Below, piece after piece: positions 31,645-41,262 of a stretch of 64,000 nucleotides of DNA. Source of the DNA: an uncultured delta proteobacterium (GTDB lineage: Bacteria; Desulfobacterota; Binatia; UBA9968); NCBI GenBank assembly GCA_963840855.1, contig CAWJBB010000041.1, positions 32,001-96,000 on the forward strand. The letters are read 5' to 3'. Each line of letters opens with the position of its first letter. Position 1 is the first letter of the stretch. The position numbers were made by a program, and so were the translations under genes. The notes below the pieces were generated by a model. The model had not been told where the DNA came from, did not search any database, and saw only the letters and a program-made list of their open reading frames with translations.

Positions 31645-32871
31645 TTAATCATCCGGCGCCGGAACCTGGTGCGACAACATAATTTCTTTTCTTTCCTTGG
31701 CCGATTGCATAATCGCCAAACAAACTTCCAACGTGGCCATGCCCCACGGACCGGTGTGACGGATCGGTTGATCGAGCACGACCGCGTTATAGAGTTCCAT
31801 CAATTCGCCGCGGCGCGACGGGCCGCCACCGCCGATGAGTGGAACATCCCTTGTCCCTTCGTCGCTGTGAACGTAGAGACCATGCTGCGATTGGCGGATA
31901 TCGGCGCGCTCGCAGCTAGCGACCAAGATGCCCAGGTCATTGGGCAGCCAAACCCTCCCAGGGATTCCACGACTGAGAACCTCTTGCTCATTGGCGCCGC
32001 CGATGCGCATATCGTCTTTATCGGCGTTTTCATCGCGTGTGCCATCCAATAACGATTTTCTGATCGAAGCGCGTTCCGATTCGCTATAACGGCTGTTCTG
32101 CTTGCCCCAAGGCACCAACTCCGAGGCCAGAAAGTAGCCGTAGCCGTTGTGCATGAGGGTCGCCGGCGTGCCGTCTTCGAATTCCATGAAAGCTGAATAG
32201 TAACCCGGAATCGGCCGTCCTTTAAACCATTGCCCGGTTGTACCGCGGACGCTTCTGACCATGCCGCCGCCGAGCAAGCGCAAGGTGTCGATCTGGTGCG
32301 GTCCCTGGCGGTAGGGAACCCCGCCGCCCTGGTTGATATCCAGTTCTTCGGCCGTGCGCGGACGGAGCATCCAATCCGTATACGCCCAAACATGCAACGC
32401 GCACAGTTTGCCAACTTCACCGGAGCGAATGATTTTTCGCATGGTGCGAATATGCGGCCCAAAGCTCTGGGTATGGCCGCACAGCAGCTTGATCTTGTTT
32501 TTGATCGACGCCTCGATCATCTGCTCGGCTTCCTGCAACGAAATCGCCATTGGTTTTTCCACCACCACATGTTTGCCATGATTGGCGGCGAAGATCGTGT
32601 GCGGCGCGTGAAATCGATTGGGCGTCGAAACCCAGACGGCTTCGACGTCCGGATCGGCGCAGAGTTTTTCGATGCTGTCATAGGTTCGCGAACCATAGCG
32701 TTGCTTGAATGTCTCGAGTACCCGCGGATTAACGTCTGCGGCGGCCACGAGGTCGAACTCCGGGATCTGCTCCATTTGGGGCAAAATTTCCGACGCACCG
32801 ACGCCAATGCCGACGATACCAAGCTTCAGCTTTCTGCCGTTCGATTGCTTGTCGATTTGGGATTGGGCCAT
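31645..32871 (-). CDS. Gfo/Idh/MocA oxidoreductase (phthalate cis-dihydrodiol dehydrogenase-like)
   Basis: GIVGIG, EKPMA, YTDWMLRPR..EELD...GGG...HQIDTLRLLGGG. Confidence 0.82.
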   Translation of the reverse strand: MAQSQIDKQSNGRKLKLGIVGIGVGASEILPQMEQIPEFDLVAAADVNPRVLETFKQRYGSRTYDSIEKLCADPDVEAVWVSTPNRFHAPHTIFAANHGKHVVVEKPMAISLQEAEQMIEASIKNKIKLLCGHTQSFGPHIRTMRKIIRSGEVGKLCALHVWAYTDWMLRPRTAEELDINQGGGVPYRQGPHQIDTLRLLGGGMVRSVRGTTGQWFKGRPIPGYYSAFMEFEDGTPATLMHNGYGYFLASELVPWGKQNSRYSESERASIRKSLLDGTRDENADKDDMRIGGANEQEVLSRGIPGRVWLPNDLGILVASCERADIRQSQHGLYVHSDEGTRDVPLIGGGGPSRRGELMELYNAVVLDQPIRHTGPWGMATLEVCLAIMQSAKERKEIMLSHQVPAPDD

Positions 32872-33090
32872 TCGCCAATTCCTTTCCCGCGGGAGTCCCA
32901 AAGTAGCAGATGATAGGCATCCTTTGTCAAGGAGAGTCCGGGATTTTCTCTTTTATCACGGGGGTGTATCTGTTACCGTACGGCAGATGATCTCATCTGG
33001 CGGGGGTTCCATTAGGATGCGAAGGTGGGTTGCATTCAGGTTCGCACTGGTGGCGATCCTTGGAGTGTTGGAGTGATAGGGAAAAATGCC

Positions 33091-34095
33091 ATGAGGCAAT
33101 TTCAAGGATTATCACGTCTAGCGGTTTGTCTCATATTTATGGCATTGACCGCGGGACAATCGTTCGCCCAGGAAAAGAAAAACATTCGAATGGTGTTCGT
33201 AAGCCTGGCTTGGAACAGTGAGATTCCCTTTCGGGCGGCGCTGGCGCGAGGTTTTTTCAAGCAACAAGGGTTGAGTATCGAACCGATCCTGATTCGCGGC
33301 GGTCCGGCGGCCATAGCCGCGCTGGTCTCCGGTGAAGTTGACTTTGCCGCCATTGGCGGCGCGCAGGCGGTTTTTCGCAGCCGCGCCCGCGGATTGGATC
33401 TTTCCATCATTGGATGCACCTCCGGCACGACCAATTACATCTTGCTTGGCAACAAGCAGACTCGGACGGTAGAGGATCTCAAGGGCAAAATGATCGGCAT
33501 AACCGGAGCCGGCACATATTCGGAATTTGCCATGAAGGCGTTTCTCAGAAAATATAACATCAACCCGGACAAGGATGTTACCTTGCGGGCGATCGGCGGA
33601 ACCGTGTTGCGCGCGGCGGCCATCGAAAAGGGAATCATTGCCGCTGCGCCATTTTCGCCTGAAGACGGGGTGCGGCTCCTGAAGAGCGGTTATTCTTTGA
33701 TCAGCAACTTGAGCGAGTCTTTGGGCATACCGCAAAACATCATCGTCAGTCGCAACGAGGTCCTGGAAAAATATCCCGAGACGAGTAAACGGATGCTAAA
33801 AGCTTATATTCAAGGAATCCAGCTCGCCAAGTACAACAAGAAAGAGGCGCTCAAGGCCGGCTTCGATTCCGGCCTGACAGGGGATCCCGAAATCATCGGC
33901 GCCGCCTGGGACCTTTTCGCGCCGGGCCTTACCGCTGATTTATCGATAGTCACCTCTGGACTTCAACAAATGCTCGACGAGGACATCCGTGCCGGTCTTG
34001 TCGATAGCAAGTTCACTCTCGAAAGAGTGGTCAACGATCGTGTTCTCAAGCTCGCCCAGCAGGAGCTGCGGGTCGAAGGGCGGCTCAAACCGTAA
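33091..34095 (+). CDS. NitT/TauT-family ABC substrate-binding protein
   Basis: Signal peptide, GFFKQQGL, AALVSGEVDF, DLKGKMIGI. Confidence 0.85.
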   Translation: MRQFQGLSRLAVCLIFMALTAGQSFAQEKKNIRMVFVSLAWNSEIPFRAALARGFFKQQGLSIEPILIRGGPAAIAALVSGEVDFAAIGGAQAVFRSRARGLDLSIIGCTSGTTNYILLGNKQTRTVEDLKGKMIGITGAGTYSEFAMKAFLRKYNINPDKDVTLRAIGGTVLRAAAIEKGIIAAAPFSPEDGVRLLKSGYSLISNLSESLGIPQNIIVSRNEVLEKYPETSKRMLKAYIQGIQLAKYNKKEALKAGFDSGLTGDPEIIGAAWDLFAPGLTADLSIVTSGLQQMLDEDIRAGLVDSKFTLERVVNDRVLKLAQQELRVEGRLKP

Positions 34096-34103
34096 ACGGC
34101 GCG

Positions 34104-34523
34104 GTGGCTTCAGTGAAAGATGCAGAGCCGCAAATTTCGCTTGTCCAGAGTTCGGTCGAACGAAATGACACGCTGGCGCGTTGGAGCATTGGATGGAGCG
34201 TTCAAAACCTCGGCGCGGACCCGATTCGCATCCTAGCCGTGCGCTTGCCGCATGGGCAATTTAAGTCGGAGGAGCTTGGATTCGATCCGCCGGTCGATCT
34301 GGCGCCCGGTGCAACGAGGCAGTTTTCGACTTTGGTCCGCTGCGATGAACCGTCGGGGTTGGTTACCGAAAACGCTTTCGTGATTTTCCAGGCAAACTGG
34401 CGAGGCGAGCCGTGGCGTATATTTGTCCGGCTACGAATAGTCGTCAATGAGAAGGGCGAACCGAACGCAACAACCGAGTTGATAACGACGCAAGAGGTCG
34501 GCTTCACCGGCGTAAAATTCTAG
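34104..34523 (+). CDS. Hypothetical protein (beta-rich, possibly Ig-like fold)
   Basis: 139-aa ORF starting 8 nt after the SBP stop; no motif recognised. Confidence 0.6.
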   Translation: MASVKDAEPQISLVQSSVERNDTLARWSIGWSVQNLGADPIRILAVRLPHGQFKSEELGFDPPVDLAPGATRQFSTLVRCDEPSGLVTENAFVIFQANWRGEPWRIFVRLRIVVNEKGEPNATTELITTQEVGFTGVKF

Positions 34524-34559
34524 CGGGCGTGAGCGATCCCGAACTCAGTGGAGAAAACC

Positions 34560-34781
34560 GTGGCGGATAAAGAAAAAGACCTGTACATCCTCAGACGCAT
34601 GCGCGGCTGACGGAGCAATTGAGGCGTCGGCTTCGAAGAGACCACGGGTATGGTCTCCAATTCTTTGAAGATGGATCAGAAAAAGCTGATCAAAGAGCTC
34701 GAGCGGATCCGGAAGGCCTATGCCGAAGACGCAGATTATCAGAAACTGCGAAAAGATCTGCCGAAAGATTGGCCGCTCTGA
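34560..34781 (+). CDS. Candidate selenoprotein with two Sec residues (U-x-x-x-U), 73 aa
   Basis: GGAG RBS, GTG start, TGA at 34608 and 34620 in frame, then 52 sense codons; SECIS-like hairpin at 34631-34670. Confidence 0.72.
34631..34670 (+). promoter_or_regulatory. Candidate bacterial SECIS element
   Basis: GAGACCA-CGGGTA-TGGTCTC upper stem-loop with lower arms CTTCGAAG / CTTTGAAG. Confidence 0.68.
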
Positions 34782-34924
34782 ATCGGTTGTCCAGAGTTTA
34801 AAGTCTCGCGTCTCGTTGGATTCGCTATCAACTCTAGCCCGAGACGATCTAACGCAGTTTCTCCGAATGACGACTGAGTTCTCCTATCCCAAGCCAGCTC
34901 AAAACGCTAGACCCTAGACTTTCG

Positions 34925-35677
34925 TTATCGCAATCTAACCGTTGGTTGCCGCAGATTGAGATCCGCCACTCCACCCCAGAACTCCCGCTTGCCCGTCATT
35001 GCCTGGACATGGCCGTCCCATTCCAAGGTGAATGCAGTCAGGCCAAGTTTGACCGCGGCACGAATCTTTTTCTGGGTTTCGTCGTCCTTCGCTAGCAGGC
35101 GAATTGCGTCAATCTGACGGCTGCCGTGGCCTTCGTCCTGGGCCGCGTGGAGATCGTAGGTTTGCGCCGCGCGCGGTGAAAACCCATAGTAACCGGTTAG
35201 CTCCCGATAGACCTTCTCGGAAATTTTACCAGCGCCGCCAAGTTGGCTTTCGACGAAGGCGAGCATGGCGACGCCTTCCAACGCCGAGCGGCGCTGGCAG
35301 CACCCGATGATCATCTCGATTGCCGCTAACGTCCCGGGCGCGGGCTCGGCGTTATCAGCTTCTTCACGCGAGATGCCGCCTTCTTGGAGGAATTGCAGCA
35401 TGATATCGACGTGAGTGTGTTTGCCGCCCAGCTCTTCCATGAAATTTTCCAGGACGGTGTCCATTACCGCGTATTCCTTGGCGGATACGGCATTGATGGC
35501 CATGTAACCGAAGAAGATCGGATTCGTGCGCACCCGCAGATAATGCTGCACTTCACCCAGGATGATCTGCTCTTTGCTCCAACGGTGCTTGATGATGCCG
35601 TCGAACCACGGGTGTTGTTCCATCGGGACTTCGGCGGCGTAGCTCCACAGTTCGGCGATGAACTCGTCAGCGGTCAT
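34925..35677 (-). CDS. Heme-oxygenase-like iron-containing redox enzyme (PqqC/TenA/CADD-like)
   Basis: ENFMEELG..THVD, FVESQ, YDLHAAQDEGH metal-ligand pattern; likely start MTADEF. Confidence 0.8.
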   Translation of the reverse strand: MTADEFIAELWSYAAEVPMEQHPWFDGIIKHRWSKEQIILGEVQHYLRVRTNPIFFGYMAINAVSAKEYAVMDTVLENFMEELGGKHTHVDIMLQFLQEGGISREEADNAEPAPGTLAAIEMIIGCCQRRSALEGVAMLAFVESQLGGAGKISEKVYRELTGYYGFSPRAAQTYDLHAAQDEGHGSRQIDAIRLLAKDDETQKKIRAAVKLGLTAFTLEWDGHVQAMTGKREFWGGVADLNLRQPTVRLR

Positions 35678-35814
35678 GAATAAGGTGTAGCGCAATTGCA
35701 GCGTTATTGTCCATAGCAAGTAGAACGGGCTTAGTCTAATTCCTTCTCCCTCTGGGAGAAGGTTAGGATGAAGGCGGGAGAGGGTCGGACGCGCGATAGA
35801 GCGCTTGATTGTAT

Positions 35815-36915
35815 TTACGCGTTGGCGGCTTTTCTCGTCTGCTCCTTTTCGACTCGCGTCTTGAGCCTGGGATAGAATCTCAGCGGGTTGTCCCAGAAAA
35901 TCTTGCGCTTCAGCTCGTCGCTCACGTCTTTGCGATTGATCAAATTCGGGATGTCCTGGCTGAAGTCGCGCTGGTCGCGTTCGTGGGGATAGTCCGATGC
36001 CCAGATGAGCGCGTTGTCGTTCGCTACCTTGGCGGCGAGGGGCAGCGCCGATTCTTCGACTTCCACGGCGAAGTAGATATTGCCCTTTTTGACGTATTCG
36101 CTCGGCTTGAGCTTGCAGCGCGGCGAGTAGTGGCCTTTGCGCTCTTGTTCCTCGTCCATGCGGTCCATCATGTACGGCACCCAACCGACGCCGCATTCGA
36201 TGCAGCCGAATTTGAAATTGGGAAAAAGCTCGAACACGCCTTCGAACATCATGGCGACGAATTGGCGAATCTGCGCGAAGGGATGTTCTAAAGTATGTCC
36301 GATGGTAAAGTTGTTGACCATGTCCAACCCGAGGGACGGCATGCTGAGCCCGCCGTGCGTAGAAACCGGCACGTCGAGTTTCTGCGCTTCTTCCCAGAGC
36401 GGATAGAACTCAGGCCCGCTGTAAAGCCTTCCCGCCGGCGCCACCGCCGGAAGGACGGCTCCGACCATACCTAATTCACTAACAGCGCGGCGCAGTTCTT
36501 TCACGGCTTCGGCAATGTCTTGAATCGGCAGGAGCGCGACCCCCACCAGTCGCGGGCTGACTTTCATGAACTTGTTATAAAGCCAGTCGTTATAGGCCCG
36601 CGCCATGCAGATCGCCCAGTCTTTGTCTTGAATGGCGCCGTGGGTGAGACCCTGCGTCGGGTAAAGAACGGTCAACTCGATTTTGTTTTTGTCGAGAAAA
36701 TCTAGCCAATGATTGGCCTTGGGTCCGTCGCCGCCGCCGGCCCAGCCGCCCTTCTGGCGCAGCGAACGGAGATAGCCGTCCATCGTGAGACCCGGCCAGA
36801 AGGAATAGCTCTGGTGCCATTCCAAATCCTTATAGGGCGGGCCGATGAATTCGCGAAGTTCGCTGTCCAGTTCCATGACATGCCCATCGGCGTCGATGAT
36901 GCGGTAATCTGACAT
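35815..36915 (-). CDS. Amidohydrolase_2 family protein
   Basis: DADGH, LYPT, RAYNDW, ECGVGW, WASDYPH. Confidence 0.88.
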   Translation of the reverse strand: MSDYRIIDADGHVMELDSELREFIGPPYKDLEWHQSYSFWPGLTMDGYLRSLRQKGGWAGGGDGPKANHWLDFLDKNKIELTVLYPTQGLTHGAIQDKDWAICMARAYNDWLYNKFMKVSPRLVGVALLPIQDIAEAVKELRRAVSELGMVGAVLPAVAPAGRLYSGPEFYPLWEEAQKLDVPVSTHGGLSMPSLGLDMVNNFTIGHTLEHPFAQIRQFVAMMFEGVFELFPNFKFGCIECGVGWVPYMMDRMDEEQERKGHYSPRCKLKPSEYVKKGNIYFAVEVEESALPLAAKVANDNALIWASDYPHERDQRDFSQDIPNLINRKDVSDELKRKIFWDNPLRFYPRLKTRVEKEQTRKAANA

Positions 36916-37233
36916 TGGCAGAACCTCCTGTGTTACTTTCGATAACTTAAACCATCAGATCAAGTGTAGTCTGGTAGTTTGAATTCACGTATTTCTGGCT
37001 TGAACTCTTCCCTCCCGCAGCGGCTGCAAATAATCATACTTGTCACAGGCGATGGTAAGTTTTAGTTTAGCCATTGCATCACTTCCCGCGTCGTTTGGTT
37101 TGTTTCAAGTCCCCGAACAGATCATTACTAAAATCTCCCGTGGATTCAACCAGAACTCTTGTTTGGAATTGACAGGTCCGCGTGGGCGGTGCTAAGGGCT
37201 GAACTACGATTCCTATATTTTAAGGAGGCTCTT

Positions 37234-37980
37234 ATGCGCTTCACGGACAAATCAGTCATCATTACCGGCGGCGGCGGCAAGATCGGCAAAGCTTACGCCA
37301 TTGGCTTCGCTAAAGAAGGCGCAAAAGTCGCCTTGCCCGACATTGCCAGCGCCGATCACGTGGTGAAAGCGATCCGGGACATGGGCGGCACGGCCATCAG
37401 CATGGCGTGCGATGTCTCGGATGAAAAGAGCGTCAAGGCGATGGTCGACGAAGTGGCGAAGCAGTTCGGCGGCGTCGATGTGCTGGTCAACAATGCCGCT
37501 TACTTCATGAGCGTCAAGAAAAGCGTGTTTTGGGAAATGGCAGTCGATGAATTCGACAAAGCGATGGCGGTCAACGTGCGCGGGTCGTGGCTCTGCGCCA
37601 AAGCGGCATTTCCGTACATGAAGCAGCAGGGAAAGGGAAAGATCATCAATATTTCTTCCGGCACGGCGCTCAACGGCGGCCAGAATTATATTCATTACGT
37701 GACATCGAAAGGCGCGCTCATTGCGATGACTCGGGCGATGGCAAAAGAGCTCGGTGATTATAATATTTGCGTCAACACGGTAAGCCCAGGCTTCGTCGTC
37801 ACCGAAGGGCGGCAAGTGGATCCAGCCTTCAATGCCAGCCGCGTCGCTGGTCGCGCGCTCAAACGCACGCAGGTGGAAAATGATCTGGTCGGCACCGTGA
37901 TGTTCTTGGCGTCACCCGAGAGTGATTTTATGACTGGCCAGTTGCTCAATGTCGACGGCGGCGCGCATTTTGTGGGGTAG
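37234..37980 (+). CDS. Short-chain dehydrogenase/reductase
   Basis: TGGGGKIG, NNAA, YVTSK; AAGGAGG RBS. Confidence 0.92.
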   Translation: MRFTDKSVIITGGGGKIGKAYAIGFAKEGAKVALPDIASADHVVKAIRDMGGTAISMACDVSDEKSVKAMVDEVAKQFGGVDVLVNNAAYFMSVKKSVFWEMAVDEFDKAMAVNVRGSWLCAKAAFPYMKQQGKGKIINISSGTALNGGQNYIHYVTSKGALIAMTRAMAKELGDYNICVNTVSPGFVVTEGRQVDPAFNASRVAGRALKRTQVENDLVGTVMFLASPESDFMTGQLLNVDGGAHFVG

Positions 37981-38172
37981 GTGAGACGAGGGGGAAGGCG
38001 TTTCCTCAATCGTCATGCCCGCCCTTCGGCTGGACTCAGGACAAGCTCCAGCGGGCATCCAGGTTGCGGCGGGGGGAGATGCACAGCAGGCGGACTGGAT
38101 TTGGGGCGTAGAAATCAGCGCATTCTACGGGCTTGAAGGCCGCCGACGTTGTCCTATAATGGCCCTGAAATC

Positions 38173-38991
38173 ATGGATATCATCCTGCTCAAGGCCACCG
38201 CGGTATTGTATCTTCTGGCGACCGCGAGTTTTGTCTTCTATGTACTCGTTCGCAATACCGCGTCGCGGCTGCCGACACTAGTCTTGCTCGCTGGATTCTT
38301 GCTCCACACCTCGGCGCTGAGCGTCCATTTTCTCCAGGAAGGATATCCCGCTGTAACACAGTTTCACGAGGCGCTGACTTTCAAGAGCTGGCTCATTGTC
38401 GCGCTTTATTTAGTCATTCAAATCAAATACCGGCTCACGGTTCTCGGCGCCATTGTGACGCCGGTGGCATTCCTCATGACTCTTGCCGCCTTCGCGTTCG
38501 GCGCCGCCAGCGGTGAGCTGCCGCCGGGACTGAGGACTTATTGGCTGCCGGTTCATTTCACGCTCGCGTTCCTCGGCAACGCGGTCTTCGCTTTAGCCTT
38601 CGCGGTGAGCCTGATTTATCTGCTTCAAGAACGCGGCCTCAAGCATAAAAAGATGACCGCTCTCCTCAAGCGAATCCCGTCGTTGGAGGCGCTGGACCGG
38701 TTGAACTATCAGTTGCTCGTATGGGGTTTCCCGCTGATGACCCTCGGCATCTTGACCGGGAGCCTCTTGGCGCGCATTTACTGGGGGGATTATTGGACTT
38801 GGGACCCGCGGCAGATTTCATCGGGAATCGCCTGGCTTTTTTATGGTGCTTTGTTGCACGGGCGTATCACCGCGGGTTTGCGTGGCAAGAAGGCCGCGAT
38901 TCTTACCATGTTCGGATTCTGCGTTGTGCTTGGTTACTTTATCTGGGGCGAAACCCTGTTCCCCAGCCGGCATGGGGGCCGGTTCGAATAA
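38173..38991 (+). CDS. ccsA: Cytochrome c biogenesis protein CcsA/HemX-like
   Basis: Multiple TM helices, WGDYWTWDPR (WWD motif), first gene of the hem operon. Confidence 0.85.
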   Translation: MDIILLKATAVLYLLATASFVFYVLVRNTASRLPTLVLLAGFLLHTSALSVHFLQEGYPAVTQFHEALTFKSWLIVALYLVIQIKYRLTVLGAIVTPVAFLMTLAAFAFGAASGELPPGLRTYWLPVHFTLAFLGNAVFALAFAVSLIYLLQERGLKHKKMTALLKRIPSLEALDRLNYQLLVWGFPLMTLGILTGSLLARIYWGDYWTWDPRQISSGIAWLFYGALLHGRITAGLRGKKAAILTMFGFCVVLGYFIWGETLFPSRHGGRFE

Positions 38992-38994
38992 GCC

Positions 38995-40281
38995 GTGCAA
39001 AAAGAGATCGTCATCGTCGGTTTGAATCACCGTAGCGCGCCCATCGAAGTGCGCGAAAGCGTCGCTTTCGAAAACGGCTATGTGCGCGACGCGTTGGTGC
39101 GGTTGCGCGGCTATCCGGCCGTCCAAGAAAGCGTGATTCTCTCGACTTGCAACCGCGTCGAAGTGGTCGCGGCGGTCGCCGATGCGCAGACCGCCTGTCA
39201 TGACATGAAAGTATTTCTCGACGAGCAGCGCGCTGAGCATGCTGGGAGCAGTCTGGAGGATCATCTTTACACTTATCGGGGCGCCGATGCGGTGCGCCAT
39301 TTATTTCGCGTGGCGGCAAGCCTCGACTCCATGGTAGTGGGCGAGCCGCAGATATTGGGCCAGCTTAAAGAGTTTTACGATGCTGCGCGGCAAGCCGGTA
39401 CTGTGGGAACGGTCTTGCATCGGCTATTCCACCGGTCCTTTTTCGTGGCCAAGCGGGTGCGCACCGAGACCGGCATCGCCAGCCGCGCCGTTTCCGTGAG
39501 TTCGGTGGCGGTAGATCTCGCGAAGCGGATCTTCGATAGCTTCGATGACAAGACCGTCATGCTGATCGGCGCGGGCAAGATGGGCGATCTGATGGCGCGC
39601 CAGCTCCAGCGCAGCGGCGTGAAGAGTCTGATGGTGACCAATCGTACTTTTGAACGGGCGGTAGCGGTGGCCGAGCGGATACATGGAAGTCCGATCCTAT
39701 TCGAAGATTTTCCGCGCTATCTTAAGATGGCCGACCTGGTGATTGGCTGCACCGGCTCGCCGGAAATCCTGGTGGATGCACCGGCGGTGGAAAAAGTGCT
39801 GCGCGAGCGCAAGCAGCAGCCGATGTTTTTTATCGACATCGGCGATCGGCGAAATTTCGACTCTGCCATTAACGATATTGACAACGCCTATCTCTACAAC
39901 ATCGATGACTTGAAGGAAGTCGCCGAAGAAAATCTCCAGGAGCGATCCAACGAGGCGCAAAAAGCGGAAGAGATCGTGGTCCAGGAAGTCGAGAGTTTCG
40001 GGCGTTGGATCGGATCGCTGGAGCGCGCGCCAACCATCGCTGCGCTGCGCGCGCACTTTGACGAGATTCGCCGGCGCGAATTGGCGAGGTCCTTGAGCGG
40101 CAATCTGAAAGATTTGTCCTCGGAACAACGGCAAGCCCTCGACGACATGACCGCAGCGATGATCAACAAAATGCTGCACGGCCCGATCTCACATTTGAAG
40201 AAAGACGCGCCGGAAGAAGACGAAGAGGACATGCGGTCTATAGCCGCCTTGAAAAAGCTCTTTGACCTGGAGGGCAAATGA
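38995..40281 (+). CDS. hemA: Glutamyl-tRNA reductase
   Basis: GLNHRSAP, LSTCNRVE, SLDSMVVGEPQILGQ, GAGKMG. Confidence 0.97.
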   Translation: MQKEIVIVGLNHRSAPIEVRESVAFENGYVRDALVRLRGYPAVQESVILSTCNRVEVVAAVADAQTACHDMKVFLDEQRAEHAGSSLEDHLYTYRGADAVRHLFRVAASLDSMVVGEPQILGQLKEFYDAARQAGTVGTVLHRLFHRSFFVAKRVRTETGIASRAVSVSSVAVDLAKRIFDSFDDKTVMLIGAGKMGDLMARQLQRSGVKSLMVTNRTFERAVAVAERIHGSPILFEDFPRYLKMADLVIGCTGSPEILVDAPAVEKVLRERKQQPMFFIDIGDRRNFDSAINDIDNAYLYNIDDLKEVAEENLQERSNEAQKAEEIVVQEVESFGRWIGSLERAPTIAALRAHFDEIRRRELARSLSGNLKDLSSEQRQALDDMTAAMINKMLHGPISHLKKDAPEEDEEDMRSIAALKKLFDLEGK

Positions 40282-40327
40282 TCAGATGCCGCCGCGTAGG
40301 AGCGGATAAACTCGCGAGGTTAGTGTC

Positions 40328-41248
40328 GTGAAAACCGTCCGCATCGGCACCCGCGGGAGCGCCCTCGCGTTGGCGCAGGCCAATTGGCTGAAGGGAGAGA
40401 TCGAGCGGCAGTGGCCGGCGGCGGAGGTGAACCTTCGAATCATCAAGACCAGTGGCGACCGCTTCGTCGAAGCTTCCCTCCAGGCCATTGGCGGCAAAGG
40501 CGTCTTCACCAAAGAGATCGAAGAGGCTTTGCTCAGCGGCGAAATCGATCTCGCCGTGCATTCGATGAAGGACCTGCCGACGGAATTGGCGCCGGGCCTG
40601 GCCATCATCGCCGTGCCGGAGCGGGAAGATCCGCGCGATGTGTTGGTGGCGCGAAGCGGCGCGCGGTTGAGCGAATTGCCTGCCGGCGCGCGGATCGGCA
40701 CCGGCAGCTTGAGGCGCAAAGCCCAGCTTTTACATTACCGCGCCGATTTATCCGTGGCGCCGATTCGCGGCAACATCGATACCCGTCTCAAAAAACTCGA
40801 CGCCGGCGAGGTCGATGCCCTGGTCATGGCCGCGGCGGGACTCAAGCGCATCGGCAGGGAAGACCGCATTAGCGAATTTCTTCCTGGAGATATCTGCGTG
40901 GGCGCCGCGGCTCAAGGCGCGCTGGCCGTCGAGGCGCGCGACGATGATTCCTTGCGCGAAGAATACGAGTTCCTCGATGATATGCCGACGCATTTCGAGG
41001 TGCAGGGCGAGCGCGGTCTGCTCAAACGCCTCGGTGGCGGTTGCCATTTGCCCGTAGGGGCACGGGCTCAGGTTTATGGTGAATTGATCGAGATCATCGG
41101 CGTTGTCGCGGACCCGGGTGGCCATGAGCTTTTCAAGGCCGAACTGGCTGGACTGGCCATGAAAGCCGAAGAGTTGGGAAAAGAGTTGGCTGATCGGCTG
41201 CTCAGCCAGGGGGCGCAAAAGCTGCTGGCGCGGTTGCAGCCGGAGTAA
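40328..41248 (+). CDS. hemC: Hydroxymethylbilane synthase
   Basis: GTRGSALA, GGKGVFTKE, HSMKD, GSLRR, RGN, LGGGC. Confidence 0.97.
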   Translation: MKTVRIGTRGSALALAQANWLKGEIERQWPAAEVNLRIIKTSGDRFVEASLQAIGGKGVFTKEIEEALLSGEIDLAVHSMKDLPTELAPGLAIIAVPEREDPRDVLVARSGARLSELPAGARIGTGSLRRKAQLLHYRADLSVAPIRGNIDTRLKKLDAGEVDALVMAAAGLKRIGREDRISEFLPGDICVGAAAQGALAVEARDDDSLREEYEFLDDMPTHFEVQGERGLLKRLGGGCHLPVGARAQVYGELIEIIGVVADPGGHELFKAELAGLAMKAEELGKELADRLLSQGAQKLLARLQPE

Positions 41249-41262
41249 GCGAGTCGTAGGAC

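Noticed and set aside
34619-34917. ORF-track calls 34619-34801 and 34720-34917
   Set aside because: No RBS and implausible composition; the UGA read-through frame from 34560 explains the region better.
34925-36196. 423-aa ORF as one protein
   Set aside because: Its first part overlaps the amidohydrolase in another frame and crosses a repeat; the real gene probably starts at 35677.
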